From contig NC_042998.1 in the NCBI RefSeq assembly GCF_006345805.1, forward strand, positions 49,848,001 to 49,912,000: a stretch of 64,000 nt of DNA, read 5' to 3'. The number at the start of each line of letters is the position of its first letter. Position 1 is the first letter of the stretch. The notes under the pieces are model-generated. The model saw only the letters and a list, made by a program, of their open reading frames with translations, searched no databases and was not told the origin of the DNA. Of the stretch, positions 13,194-25,633 are shown in pieces. This DNA comes from Octopus sinensis. Its lineage: Eukaryota. Position numbers and translations under genes: made by a program.

Positions 13194-13353
13194 TGTGTGT
13201 GTGTGCGTGTGTGTCTAGATATATATAAGGATATTCTTGTCTACAATAATACCAAGTGGCATAGTATGCGTAATTGAAATCGAGGAAATGAGCAGAAATT
13301 CTAAGCCCCACGTACCAATAATGAAGAGAATCTTAAATTGAAAAGCCAGACAT

Positions 13354-13412
13354 ACCCGTATCGTTACGATTTCAAACTGTGTGAAAATGCCACTTAGTTC
13401 TTATCAGCGAGT
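13354..13412 (-). ncRNA. type I hammerhead motif with one core substitution (G8A)
   Basis: ACTCG-CTGATAA-GAAC(19 nt)GTTT-GAA-ATCG-TAA-CGAT-A-CGGGT; all three stems pair. Confidence 0.65.
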
Positions 13413-13626
13413 GTTACTGACCCGAGGGTCATAGGAACTGCCAATCCTAGGCATGACCACTTTTAACGCCACGGCAAATTTTAAAATGTGGTCAAAAGAA
13501 ATAATAGATATTAAAAATATTCCCCCGATTTCAGTTAATGTGTGTCAATGATAATTTGTGGTTGGAGTCGTCTTCTGGCTGCTATTTTTACATGCTAGTG
13601 CTATTTGTAGCACCCTTAATTATATA

Positions 13627-13868
13627 CTCTTTTACTCTTTACTCTTTTACTTGTTCCAGTCAGTTGACTGCGGCCATGCTGGAGCACCGCCTTTAGTCGA
13701 GCAACTCGACCCCGGGACTTATTCTTTGTAAGCCCAGTACTTATTCTATTGGTCTCTTTTGCCGAACCACTAAGTGACGGGGACATAAACACACCAGCAT
13801 CGGTTGTCAAGCAATGCTACGGGGACAAACACAGACACACAAACATACACGCACACACACACACACAC

Positions 13869-13902
<34 letters not shown>

Positions 13903-14093
13903 ATATATTATATATATATACATATATACGACGGGCTTCTTTCAGTTTCCGTCTACCAAATCCACTCACAAGGCTTTGGTCGGCCCGAGGCTATAGTAGA
14001 GACACTTGCCCAAGGTGCCACGCAATGGGACTGAACCCGGAACCATGTGGTTGGTAAGCAAGCTACTTACCACACAGCCACTCCTGCGCCTAT
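13627..14093 (-). mobile_element. SINE family B, full length
   Basis: Complete head, internal (CA)/(TA) tract and (GTAAAAGA)n tail; the 5' end abuts a (TA)n array at 14094-14245. Confidence 0.93.
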
Positions 14094-14094
14094 A

Positions 14095-14235
<141 letters not shown>

Positions 14236-14847
14236 GTTTATATATATTTGCATTTATGTTTGCATATATGTGTGCGAAAAGATATTTGTTAGCATTAATC
14301 TAGACAGAAAGATTACATTTTCTGACCTAGATTTCTGCTTGTAAGTGGCGTATTTATATTTAAATTCCAATCATAAATTTATGATGAAGTATTATTTATA
14401 TTCTTAGGCTTAATATTCGTCATAAACATTAAATTTGTGTGTGATGTCTGACTATGAGAGACATTAATGAAATAGCCAACGGTGACTAATTTACTATAAT
14501 TTTATTTAAGATCGTCACATATGTGGCGAGGTAGAGCTTCGAATTGACACCATTAAAACGTTTTAGATATAATTAATTTCTTTTCATTTACCAGTCGAGG
14601 TAGGGAGACAAATTTAGGATATATTTTGGTCCTTTTCTGAATTTGATAACAAAGCAATATTAGCCAATGGTTGTTATCACTGTGTAATTATAGATAGTTA
14701 ACTCTTTAGTTTTGTTTTGCTCAAATTTATCAACTTTAAATTACACCTTTCTTTTTTAATCATTTCGACGACAATTTAAAATGATTTAATATGCAAATAA
14801 TTCTATTTTTAAAAGACAAAAAATTGAAAATTTTTGTAGATTTAGAT

Positions 14848-15278
14848 ATTGGTTTCAAATTTTGACACAAAGCCAGCAATTTTGGGGTGTGGGTAAGCTG
14901 ATCACATCGATTCCAGTGGTCGACTCGTACTTGTTTTATCGACGTCGAAAAGATAAGGTAAGGCCCACCTCAACAGAATTTGAACTCAAAGCGTTAAGAC
15001 GGACGAAATGCCGCTAAGCATTTTTCACGGCGTGCTAACGTTTCTTATTTCTTTACTGCCCACAAGGGGCTACACACAGAGGGGAAAAACAAGGATAGAC
15101 AAACGGATTAAGTCGATTACATCGACCCCAGTGCGTAACTGGTACTTATTTAACCGACCCCGAAAGGATGAAAGGCAAAGTGGACCTCGGCGGAATTTGA
15201 ACTCAGAACGTAACGGCAGACGATATACCGCTGACCATTTCGCCCGGCGTGCTAACAATTCTGCCAGCCCGCGCCTTC
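14848..15278 (-). mobile_element. two adjacent SINE family A copies with different 3' tails
   Basis: 14848-15040 has the AAATTTGAAACCAATA tail; 15045-15278 has the GCCCCTTGTGGG..AAAGAAATA tail. Confidence 0.88.
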
Positions 15279-15667
15279 ATCTATTATCAGGCATTAATAT
15301 CAGCGAATTGATGACACTTTTTGTCCGTCGCTGATATTTTTGTGTGCTTTTTAGTACCAATTTCTGAAGATTAATACCGCAATTTACGGCATTCTCATAG
15401 TACTGCTATATTAATTTGTAGGTACAGATTGCAACATATACGTACATATATTTGTATATGTTTGTATGCATGTATACATGTATGGGAGAGCTGGAAAATC
15501 GTTAGAGAGTCGGAGAAAATACCTTGCAGTATTTCTTCTGGTTTGTTACATTCTGTAAACAAATAGTACCGAGATTATCATTGCTTTCGGCTTTTCGGGG
15601 TGTCGATAAAATAAATACCAGTCAAGTACTGGGATCAATTCTTGGCCTTCAGTCAAAAGTTAAAACA

Positions 15668-15714
15668 ATTCTTCTTCTTCTTCTTCTTCTTCTTCTTTCT
15701 TCTTCTTCTTCTTC

Positions 15715-15749
<35 letters not shown>

Positions 15750-15850
15750 ATGATGATTATGATGATGATGATTATGATTATGATGATGATAATGATGATT
15801 ATGATTATGATGATGATGATGACGAGGAGGAGGAGGAAGAAGAAAAAGAC
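15668..15850. repeat. (TTC)n-(GAT)n-(GAG/GAA)n trinucleotide mosaic
   Basis: Direct inspection. Confidence 0.9.
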
Positions 15851-16551
15851 GAATATTTCTCCTCACTTTCACTTTAAAACGAAAGTAAATAAATTAAAAA
15901 GTTTTTACGGAAATTAACGAATTACATTCAGTTAAAAATATGTCTAAATGATTAAAATATTGTGTACGTCAAAAAGTCGACTTTTTTTTTCCTAGAGAGC
16001 GCGAAGACTATGTGTGTGTATATTTCACCGATAGCGGACGTATATTTGTGTTGCTTGACATGCCATAATCATTATATGTGAGTGTATTCTGTAGGTGTGT
16101 ATGTGGTTGACGTCACGGAAGCAATGCTTTTTTCGTCAAGAAATTACAAGCAAAAAGTGTGTTTAATTGTTTAGATAGAGGTCAGAGTATGACAAAAATT
16201 TGTCGAAGATAGGTAAGTATGAAAATAAAGATGCAAAAGAAAAAGATATTTCGGGTAATGATGACTAGCACGGTTGAAGGATTCAAGAAAAGTGACATTC
16301 ACTTACTAATATTAGTAACTAAGTTTCTATAGATTATTATCGATTGTTGATGTTTCTCTTAATATAAAGCAATTAATCGTTAGGCTTAGTAAGGTTTATT
16401 CTATGTGCAGCATTTGCTAGTGGCTAACACTAGCACTTTTATTTTAAGATATTAATTATACTACAGTTCTATATTTAAGAGATGAGGAATTAGGCAGATT
16501 ATTTACATTATTTACAATTGGCGGATATTTGTCCTCATCTTGTTTGTTGTT

Positions 16552-16597
16552 AACACAAATTTCAGCTGACATACCCTCCAGCACTCATCAGGTGTCT
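16552..16597 (-). ncRNA. degenerate type I hammerhead motif
   Basis: GACAC-CTGATGA-GT-GCTG(10 nt)CAGC-T-GAAA-TTT-GTGTT; core and stem I intact, stem III eroded. Confidence 0.5.
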
Positions 16598-17523
16598 TGG
16601 GAAATTTCGAACCTGGATTCTCATTCCTAAGGTATTTTTCGATGTTATTGTTGCTATTATTATTATTATTATTATATAGACAGAAATATTCGTTACATTT
16701 TAAAATATAATTAGATACAATAATTTAATTGTTTTTCCCTACCAAGTCAAAAGTTAAAATTACATTCTTCATTTACCTTTTCAAATAAAGATACGTGGAA
16801 CAAGCGATATATATATATATATATATATACATCTTTGCATACAACATATGCATGTCTTCTGTATCATATTTGTGTAAGAAAGAAAATGTAAGAAGTTGAT
16901 TATTATCGATGCAAATTACTGTTCATGAATAACTTAATTTTTTTTCTCAAACGTACGATAATCTTTTAGAGAATAAAAAAAATCTATTAGGTGACAAGTA
17001 AACGTAACCAGTTGGTATTTAAAAATTATTTCATAAATATCGATAGAAGTGTATGCGAAGTTTTTGCACAAAATTTTGAAAAACGATATGATGTTATTCT
17101 TCTCCGAGAAACAATGTATCTCGTAATTAATTAATGCAGGAGTTGCATGTCTGATAAAAGACCAATCGAGTTTAGTTTTAAATTCTGTCACACGTACGCT
17201 ATATACATTTGAATTATAAGATGATGAGACACGTTTCTCGGTTGCTAAACATGTGCATATGTGTCGCGTATCATTTTTAAAGGGACTTTCAGTAACCCTT
17301 ATATATATATATATATATCCCACGGTTGTTTGCAAGCAGGGTCTTAGCATCGCCACCTAATGCTTTAAAAAAGACATGGTGTTGAGAGGGCTGGTATTTT
17401 TTGAGTTCATAATGAAATTTCTTTCTTTATACTGACTTTAAACAACAAAATTACTCGTTGCAACTGCGTTTTATCATGGTGGTATTCTTTAAGATATGGT
17501 ATCTGTAGTATTTATTTATAAAA

Positions 17524-17907
17524 CTAGCAGTATCGCCCGGCGTTGCTCGGGTTTATAAGGGAAATAACTATACAGCATTTTTAAAGAGTTATAGCCAAAA
17601 AATAGCAAAAAAAAGGGAAAAAATATGATGGTAAATTTTTTTAAAAATCGTTGACTCATCGTAGACATTTTTAGAGAGTTACGTCCCTTAAAAAAATATG
17701 CATGAAAATGGAAAAAAAATGATGGTAAATTATTTTAAAAATCGTAGACTCATCGTAAACAAGCGCTAATACCCAGAAGGGCTCGATATGAATCACGACT
17801 ATAAGATACCCGGTTTTGATTAAACTGCACCGCAAAATGTGGGAGTAGTTAGGAATCTAAATCGAAGGGGACAGACACTCACACAACTACAGTTTTATAT
17901 ATATAGA
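17524..17907 (-). mobile_element. non-autonomous Helitron (384 bp)
   Basis: Minus strand starts TCTATATATATAAAA and ends with a CCCG-AGCAACGC-CGGG hairpin followed by CGATACTG-CTAG; inserted between A and T; carries an internal ~90-bp duplication. Confidence 0.85.
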
Positions 17908-18663
17908 TTTAAGAAAATCATGTCAACATTCAAACAAATATTTAAATTACAGTATTTGCCACCTTATAATTTGACGTAATATATAGTGTAAACGTATAGA
18001 GTAAACATTCAAACATCGTCACTATATTTCCAAATCCTGCTCTATTTCAAATGAAAGTTTTGGCCTTCCAAAGTTGTCTTAATGTATAAGTCAACCTACC
18101 TGTTTTTGGCTGTAAGTTTTGGCCTGAAAAAATTCAAAAAATACGATATATGGAAGATTCACAGGATTTTATTATGTAGATTCGAATTTTAGTGTTTGAT
18201 AGTCTTAATACCCAGCGTTGCCCGGTAAAGTATTCACGGAATCGTTTGCCAGTTGGTAGAATGGAAATTCACGGTACTTAAGCATGTATATATAATTAAA
18301 ACTAACTTTTAGACTTATTTAATTGGAACTATCCAAACAATAGTGATCAATTTACATGAGTTGAGGCATTTTTTAAACTTTTATTTTAAGGTATTAATAA
18401 TATTCTACTATAAATTTAGGTACTAGTAAATATTATATCTATAATAGGTCTAACGAGAAATTGAAGGTAAATATATGAATATTCTTTTCCCGACGACTTA
18501 TTTCTTACAAAGAGCTCTTGTTTCTGGTCCGTCTCAACCTCAATGCACGACAATGTGTAAGAGTCGAATTGTTTTAAGATTAATGAAGTGATGCGCATTT
18601 GTTTGTCATTGTGCGTGTATGTGCATGCGTGTGTGTGAATGCGCGCGCGTGTGTGTGTGTGTA

Positions 18664-18694
<31 letters not shown>

Positions 18695-19568
18695 TGTGTG
18701 TGTGTGTGCGTGTGTGTGATTGCATGTGTTGTGTTTTGGTGGAAGACGTTTTCTTACGGTTGACGTGTATTGCTGACAAGACTATTCCTTTGGAATAGCT
18801 TATTGTTTTCTGGTACAGATTTGATTGTTCGGTGAGTTTCGATTTCTGATTTTGTTGTCATTCTTGTCGTTACTACTCCTTACGTTGTCTTTGTTTTTGT
18901 TGTTATTATTGCGTACCGTAAGAACAGCGGACGATATGATATTGGCTACTACCATATGTGCAGCACATCAATCTTCTTCCATCTGCAAAAACTCTGACAT
19001 GATCTGTTATTGTCCGCTAAATGCGTTCGGAGACCATTTAGAACTCTGCATGGGTGAAACAAAATTTACGGCTTTTCTCTGACCTTTGAGAGGTGGTTCC
19101 TCTTGTCCATGTTCTTATAGGGTCATTACAAAATATTGCATGATTGTATGAAGGGACGCGTCGTTATATAACCTTGGTTACAGTCGCTCCACACAGGAGC
19201 ACATATTTTTCAGAGTCACATACTGTCATTGTTTGCTTTAGAGCCAGAACTTTGCCGAATTTCTTATCCCTGTTTACTAACTATTTGGCACCAATACTTC
19301 TTTCAAACATTTCTCAGCTTGTTGCTAGTGTTGTATAAGTACGTTACTAATTTTCTTGCAACGGTGGAATACGGAAATCATCTAACTTCACGCTATATCC
19401 TATTTCGGCAATGTATCCAGTCTCTGAAAGCTTTCTTGTCACGGTGTACACGTACGGCCAGGAAGTGATAAAAAGGGCAATTTGAGTGGCAAAATCCTCT
19501 CATTGCTTGGATTCGCTTCTCCCCACTTTCACTAGTGTTGACTGGCTGGCGATTTTGCAGATATGTGT

Positions 19569-19793
19569 AAGGCAGCGAGGTGGCAGAATCGTTAGCACGC
19601 TGTGCAAAATGCTTAGCGACATTTCGTCTGCCTATACGTTCTGAGTTCAAATTCCGCCAAGGTTGACTTTGTCTTTTATCCTTTCGGAGTCGATTAAACA
19701 AGTACCAGTTGAGCACTGGGATATATGTAATTGACTTACTGCCACCCCGAACTTCCTGGCCACGTGCCAAAATTTGGAACCAATATTGCAAAT
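19569..19793 (+). mobile_element. SINE family A
   Basis: Head, B-box, body and AAATTTGGAACCAATA tail. Confidence 0.88.
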
Positions 19794-20329
19794 ATGTTTA
19801 TATGTCAAAATATTTCTGTGATTATATTCTTTCAAGCACCAAGAGGCTGGAAACAATAACAAATCCTTAAAAGGGCAACCAAACAGCAAATTATTCTGCG
19901 ACTTACAAGCGAAATAAAGCACGTATTACATAGAATGAAGCAATGAAATGATAATAATGATAATAATATTAATAATAATAATAATAATAGCGTGTGACTA
20001 CAATACGTTGCTTTCGCTTATGCGCGCAGGGTAATAATAATAATGATAATCTATTCTTTATCTGTTCTGTGACTCAAGGGCTCGTAGTGATACAAAAAAT
20101 ACGATGAAACACTTAACAAGTAACTTACAAAGACGTTTAGTGAAGGACAAACAAGTTACAGAAAGACGAGAAGAGGGATGAAAGACGTTATATAATATAA
20201 AATATACATATAGGATATACATATACATATACAATATGCATATAGTATATACAGTATACTGCACAAATATTCACATGGAATAAAGAAATATAATAAAACA
20301 TTCATAAAAACAATATATCCTTATGTAAA

Positions 20330-21100
20330 CCAAACTTCAACTTGAATGGATCGGGGCATTCCACGTTTCCGATTAAGCCTCCCGTCTAAATTCCAGAATC
20401 TTCCACGAAGGTCTTTTGTGTTTTACTGGGCAAGTGAGGGTTCACGTCTCAAGGATTGTTAAAATATAATATTTTGTAATGTATATCCGAAATTTGTAGA
20501 AGTATTCAGTTCATTTTATGTTTGAAATGTGCCCCCCCCCCATGTCTTGCTCGAGTCATACTTCGGTAAGAATTTCTTTGTGTTTCGCACGCCATAAAGC
20601 TTTGTGAAGTCTAGCGAAGGACAAATAATTTTTCCCAGAAGTCGGTTCTTCATCACAGCGACAAGTGGATAAGGAGTTCAGTTAAGGAGTCGTTTCTGGT
20701 CGTTGCAGTTGTTGATGTAAGTGACTCTTTTTGTCTTCGTCGATGTATCTGAGACATGGATTCTTGGGTCTAATGATTCACCCCTGACAACGAGGAGCGG
20801 GGGCAATTTTCTTTGCCAACTGACTAATTGCGACTGCTACTATTCTACTAGGCTTCCTCTGCAGAAGGCTCTTAAATGGATTTTACTCTCAGACATATAG
20901 TAAATAGGTCGACTTTCTTGAATACTGAGATTAAATGCCTTCCTCTCAGCATCCTCTACAAAACAGTTACTGCTTTTTGGCCTTGCGGAATCATGAGGAC
21001 TTTTATGTTCATGCTGACCTCACCCTCTTATACTACCAAAAGTTGCATGCCTGCTGAGTACTTGCCCATGTTCCATGAAGGTGACTATTAGCCAAGAGTA
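20330..21100 (-). mobile_element. possible old L1/Tx1-like LINE 3' fragment
   Basis: Stop-riddled translation with CRCDEE..., KALWRAKHKE..., HFKHKM pieces; weak resemblance only. Confidence 0.3.
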
Positions 21101-21920
21101 AACATTGTCCCTAATGTCTCTTGTGTTACACTTCTCGAAATACTGCGGAACAGGCTTATGAATAGTAGTTTTACGTAAAATTTGAGCTTATACTTTCACA
21201 TCATCTTCAGTTTTAGAGATGACACATATGGTGCTGTATGCACTCCTTTTCCCAAAGAAAAAATGTGTCACTTAACATATCTGCAACCACTGTTTCCATG
21301 TTTTCTTTCAATGAAACGAGAAAACCTCGATAGCCACTGTAAAACAGTTAAGTTACCGTTCTTATGCAGCACGCCTTTGAAGGAATGTAATACGCTGGCG
21401 CATCTTACTGCTCAAAATGCCTCCTGTCTTTCGTTCGTCCACCAAAATGTTCCATATTGAGAGTCCTTTTTGCGAAACATAGTTTTTAATTATTCATATT
21501 GTGCCTGACGTAGAATGTGCCCATATATCATTACTGTTGCCAAGTGTGTTATTTATTGTGCTGCATTTTCTGTTGGAGTGTTATCAATTTTTGTCTTTCT
21601 ACTATTTGCTTGTTTTTGCGTTGAAATAATGTTTTTACGTTTTGCTGGAATTTGGATGATGTTTGTTTTCTTTGTTTACATATTATTTTCTTGAAGAGCG
21701 GTCCGAGGGAATGGGAGCTATTTACTTGCTCAGCGTTAGTCGGTGGAATAAAAATAGAAATATTCTAGTGTCGCACTATTCATAATATTTTAAAACTCAT
21801 ATTTTGCACTGTCTCTCCTCGGCGTTTTGCGATTCCTCTTTTAGAAACATCGGTGACAAAAAGCGAAAACACGGATCTAGCGTGGTAGCGGTGTAAAATC
21901 TCAGTTTTTAACTAAACCAT

Positions 21921-21977
<57 letters not shown>

Positions 21978-22459
21978 GCACTCTTTGTGATCGACTCACA
22001 CACACAGACATTTACGCACAAAGACATTCACAAACACAAACATTCATACTTACGCATATATAACGGATTCTCCCATTCGATTTTTATCAACCAAACTACA
22101 CATCCATCCATCCATCCATACCTACATACACATACATACATACATACATACATACATAAATACATACATACATGCATATATGCATGCATGCATATATGCA
22201 TGCATACATACATACATACATACATACATACATACATACATACATACACACACATACACACATACATACATACATACATACATACATACATACATACATA
22301 CATACATACATACATGCATGCATGCATAGATACATACACACACATACACACATACATACATGCATACATACACATATACATGCATACATACATACATACA
22401 TACATACATACATACATACATACATACATACACATATACATACATACATACATACATAG

Positions 22460-24157
22460 AAAAGAGAAACTGTGCACAGTTGTGGAAATTAGCTGTCCGG
22501 CGGATGTTAAATGTTTTGCACACAGCTTGCACATGCAAGTGCTACCTGTCGAAAGCTACGCATAGCGGAAGCCAGTAAGTGTATTGGATCATCAGGAGAG
22601 AATGCGCGCTGTTTCGGGGTCTACCTCTCGACGGCATCAATGCGCATCGCCACCACCCCTCCTCATGATATGAGGTCCCGCATGCTAGATCAACTGATTA
22701 TGAAATAAAGCACAATATTCTTCTAGCCATTGCTCCTCGTCTCTTTTTAACCAAATCCAGTGGCTAGCCTTTTCCACTGTAGTTTGGATATCGTTCATGG
22801 TGGAATTTACTTTACGATGAGTTAGGCCTCACATTGTGTTCAACGAATCTTATTTCGGTATTTCGATGGGAAAATGCTCCGCTTTCCAGCCTACATTTTC
22901 ATATTACTTGAGGAGGTTTACATGGCGGTCAATCTTTCGAGCCCGAAACGGTGTCCATGGTATCTTCATGAGGAACCGTTAACTCGACTAGATTCACCAC
23001 TTTTTTTTCTTTTACACCACATTATAATATCCGGTTTTTCGTAACTGGGATGGGAAAGAATCTTTGGCACCCTAGTAAATCTGCAGCCACCTCCCAATAG
23101 TCGTTCCACTTTTCATCACTTACAGAAAGTTCCTTCTAGAAACGGATTTGCTGTCCTGAGCGCACGAAGGTAATGGTTGTTTTTTTTTTCCTCACTGTTG
23201 ATGAGAGCAATTTGGTTCTTTATAGCATTGACGATAACTTAGGGACCAGATTGTGTCTCCATGTAGTCAAAGCCAGTGAACAGTTGGAAAGAATATGGTT
23301 CAGTGTTTCGACCCTTTCCCCTTTGTTAAATTTGTAGGCGATGGCAAGACATCATAGGATGAACGAATCAGAAAACTTGGCCGAGATGTAGTCCATTTCC
23401 ATATCTCATTCCAGCTTATTTTTCTCTCAACAGCATGTTCCTTCCATCTCGTCATCTACCCTTGTTGAGTGCTTTGGATCAAATGAAGCTCTCTTCTCCC
23501 TGTTTCCCTTGTTTTGACACTGTTGCTAACAACAGGTCTGCGTTCGCTCCGAATCATACTTGCAAACAGTCTGAACCGATCTGCGCCAAAACCAAGTCCC
23601 TTCCGATGAATTTGCGTTGCACCCATCATATCTCGGTGTGTAAGTGAAGACAGAATTTTCACTTCCAACGGATGTTTGTATAAAACTGAAGGTCAGTGGA
23701 AAAGAGAATACCTACGCTGAACTATTGAGAAATCTGCAGCTACTCTATACAAATTACAAGTTCAGGTTTATACCTGTAATCATTGGAGTACTGAAATATG
23801 CAACATACTGCCTAAACGCCAATCTTGAGAAATTAAACTTCTCAAAATCAAAAAAGAGAAAGCTAATTCGAAGGCTTAAGATCCAGTCCATCACTGGAAC
23901 TGTAAAGATCTGTAAAACAGTTGAGTATATATGAGCATGTCTAGATATGCAACTATATGCATGAGAAGGCATACATAAAACAAAACATATACAGCTCTGC
24001 ATGTATACATACATACATACATACATACATACATACATACATACATACATACATACATACATACATACATACATACATACATACATACATACATACATAC
24101 ATACATACATACATACATACATACATAAATACATACATACATACATGCATGCATACA

Positions 24158-24191
<34 letters not shown>

Positions 24192-24340
24192 CATACATAC
24201 ATACATGCATACATGCATACATACATTCCAAAATACCCTGTTGATGTGGTTGCAATTCCAATGAAGGAACCTTGGATCTAACAAACCGACTGTTTGTCTA
24301 TTGGCAAGAAATCTCGAAGTAAAACTGAATAATGGCATTC
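22460..24340 (+). mobile_element. R4/Dong-like RLE non-LTR retrotransposon 3' end within (TACA)n arrays, interrupted by a HERO-like insertion
   Basis: KLCTVVEISCPADV (22466-22508) continues after the insertion as IKLKVSGKENTYAELLRNLQLLY...IPVIIG...IQSITGTVKICKT (to 23934); 3' UTR follows; (TACA)n at 22110-22458, 24000-24225 and after 24350. Confidence 0.7.
22509..23668 (-). mobile_element. HERO-like RLE non-LTR retrotransposon, 5'-truncated, 8-bp TSD
   Basis: HRDMMGATQIHRKGLG, FLIRSSYDVLPSPTNL, TLNHILSNC, KPDIIMW, VELTVPHED, EKASHWIWLKR; CGGATGTT at 22501-22508 and 23669-23676. Confidence 0.82.
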
Positions 24341-24353
24341 ATGCAGTCATACT

Positions 24354-24403
<50 letters not shown>

Positions 24404-24555
24404 TATATATACGTACAAACACACACATATATATATACACACATATATATATGTACATATATATATTTATGTATGTATATATATATATATATATATATGT
24501 AAGAAATTAAAAAAGGAAAATACGCACACTTACATAGTTTTAATATAATTTTTAA

Positions 24556-24592
24556 TATATCGACCGGTTTCGCTATCGCTATTCATGATATT
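24556..24592 (-). ncRNA. hammerhead-like remnant, core partly deleted
   Basis: ATATC-[CTG missing]ATGA-ATA-GC-GATA-GC-GAA-ACCGGT-C-GATAT; stem I perfect, palindromic ACCGGT stem III. Confidence 0.4.
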
Positions 24593-25049
24593 ATATTTTA
24601 CTTATTTGAATATGCATTTTTTCGTAAGAAGAAATATATATATATATATACATGTATATATTATGTATATATACATGTATACACTTATATATGTACACAC
24701 ACACACACACACCACACACACACACACATATATATATATAGCTGTGTGTGTTTATACATATACATATATTTACACGCACATGCACACATATGGAATTATC
24801 CTTATCTTGACACCGATTAAACTTCGAAATATGCTTCAGCTCGCACATGTAACCTATCACACGCCATAGCATTCGTAAAACTCCCGACATAGCTATGTAC
24901 CAGGGTCATATCGGTGAATTATTGGTGAAACTTAATCAACAGACCAAACACAGAAAAGAAAAATACTTACACTGATTATAACTTTTAGATAGATGAGTGG
25001 CATCCGAAAATTTACGAGAGTAGCGAAAACTTAGGAACTATTTTAGCTT

Positions 25050-25550
25050 CTTTAAATTATAGCATTCTATATACCTTACTTAACGTGGATGGACGATAGA
25101 GAGACGCACAACTACAGTATTCATCTCGAGGCAACATCTCGTATAGACGTATGATGCTAAAATGCATGGAAGATTGGTAGCAAATGAAAGTCGTCCAGTA
25201 GCGGTGTTGGGATTGCTACATCTTTTAGCAACCGTATGCTTAGACAAACGTAGCCTCTAATTATATAGAAAAAGCAGTGCCTAACAAATCACCAATGGCT
25301 TGATAAAAATTCAGTATCAGCGATGAAAGTAATATTAGTTCAAAACAGCATTCTGTATATCTTACCTAACGCTGATATACTATAGAAAGCCACTCGAATG
25401 CGGCATTCGTTTCGAGAAAGAACCTCGTATCGATGTTTAATGATAAAAGGTACGGGAAAATATGAGTAGCAGACAAAGAGTGCTCAACAGCGGTGATGGA
25501 ATTCTACATTCGTTAGCACTGTCGTGCTTAGACAAATTTACCTTCTTGTG
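25050..25550. repeat. old ~287-bp tandem duplication (two diverged copies)
   Basis: Anchors AGCATTC at 25061/25347, CTCGTAT, AGCGGTG, and GCTTAGACAAA at 25238/25526. Confidence 0.7.
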
Positions 25551-25633
25551 ATTATCTGATTTTTTTTTCTCTGGAGAAGTTTGTAACTATGTTGTTTGCA
25601 AAAAATATTTATGTCAAATGTCATTCTTCTGTG

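Noticed and set aside
16934-17356. 140-aa minus-strand ORF
   Set aside because: AT-rich, includes a microsatellite, and has no domain or splice support.
22580-22640. CTGATGA and GAAA in the HERO-like 3' UTR (also ~8845-8875)
   Set aside because: GAAA lies upstream of CTGATGA and no hammerhead topology gives all three stems; probably just a conserved UTR hairpin.
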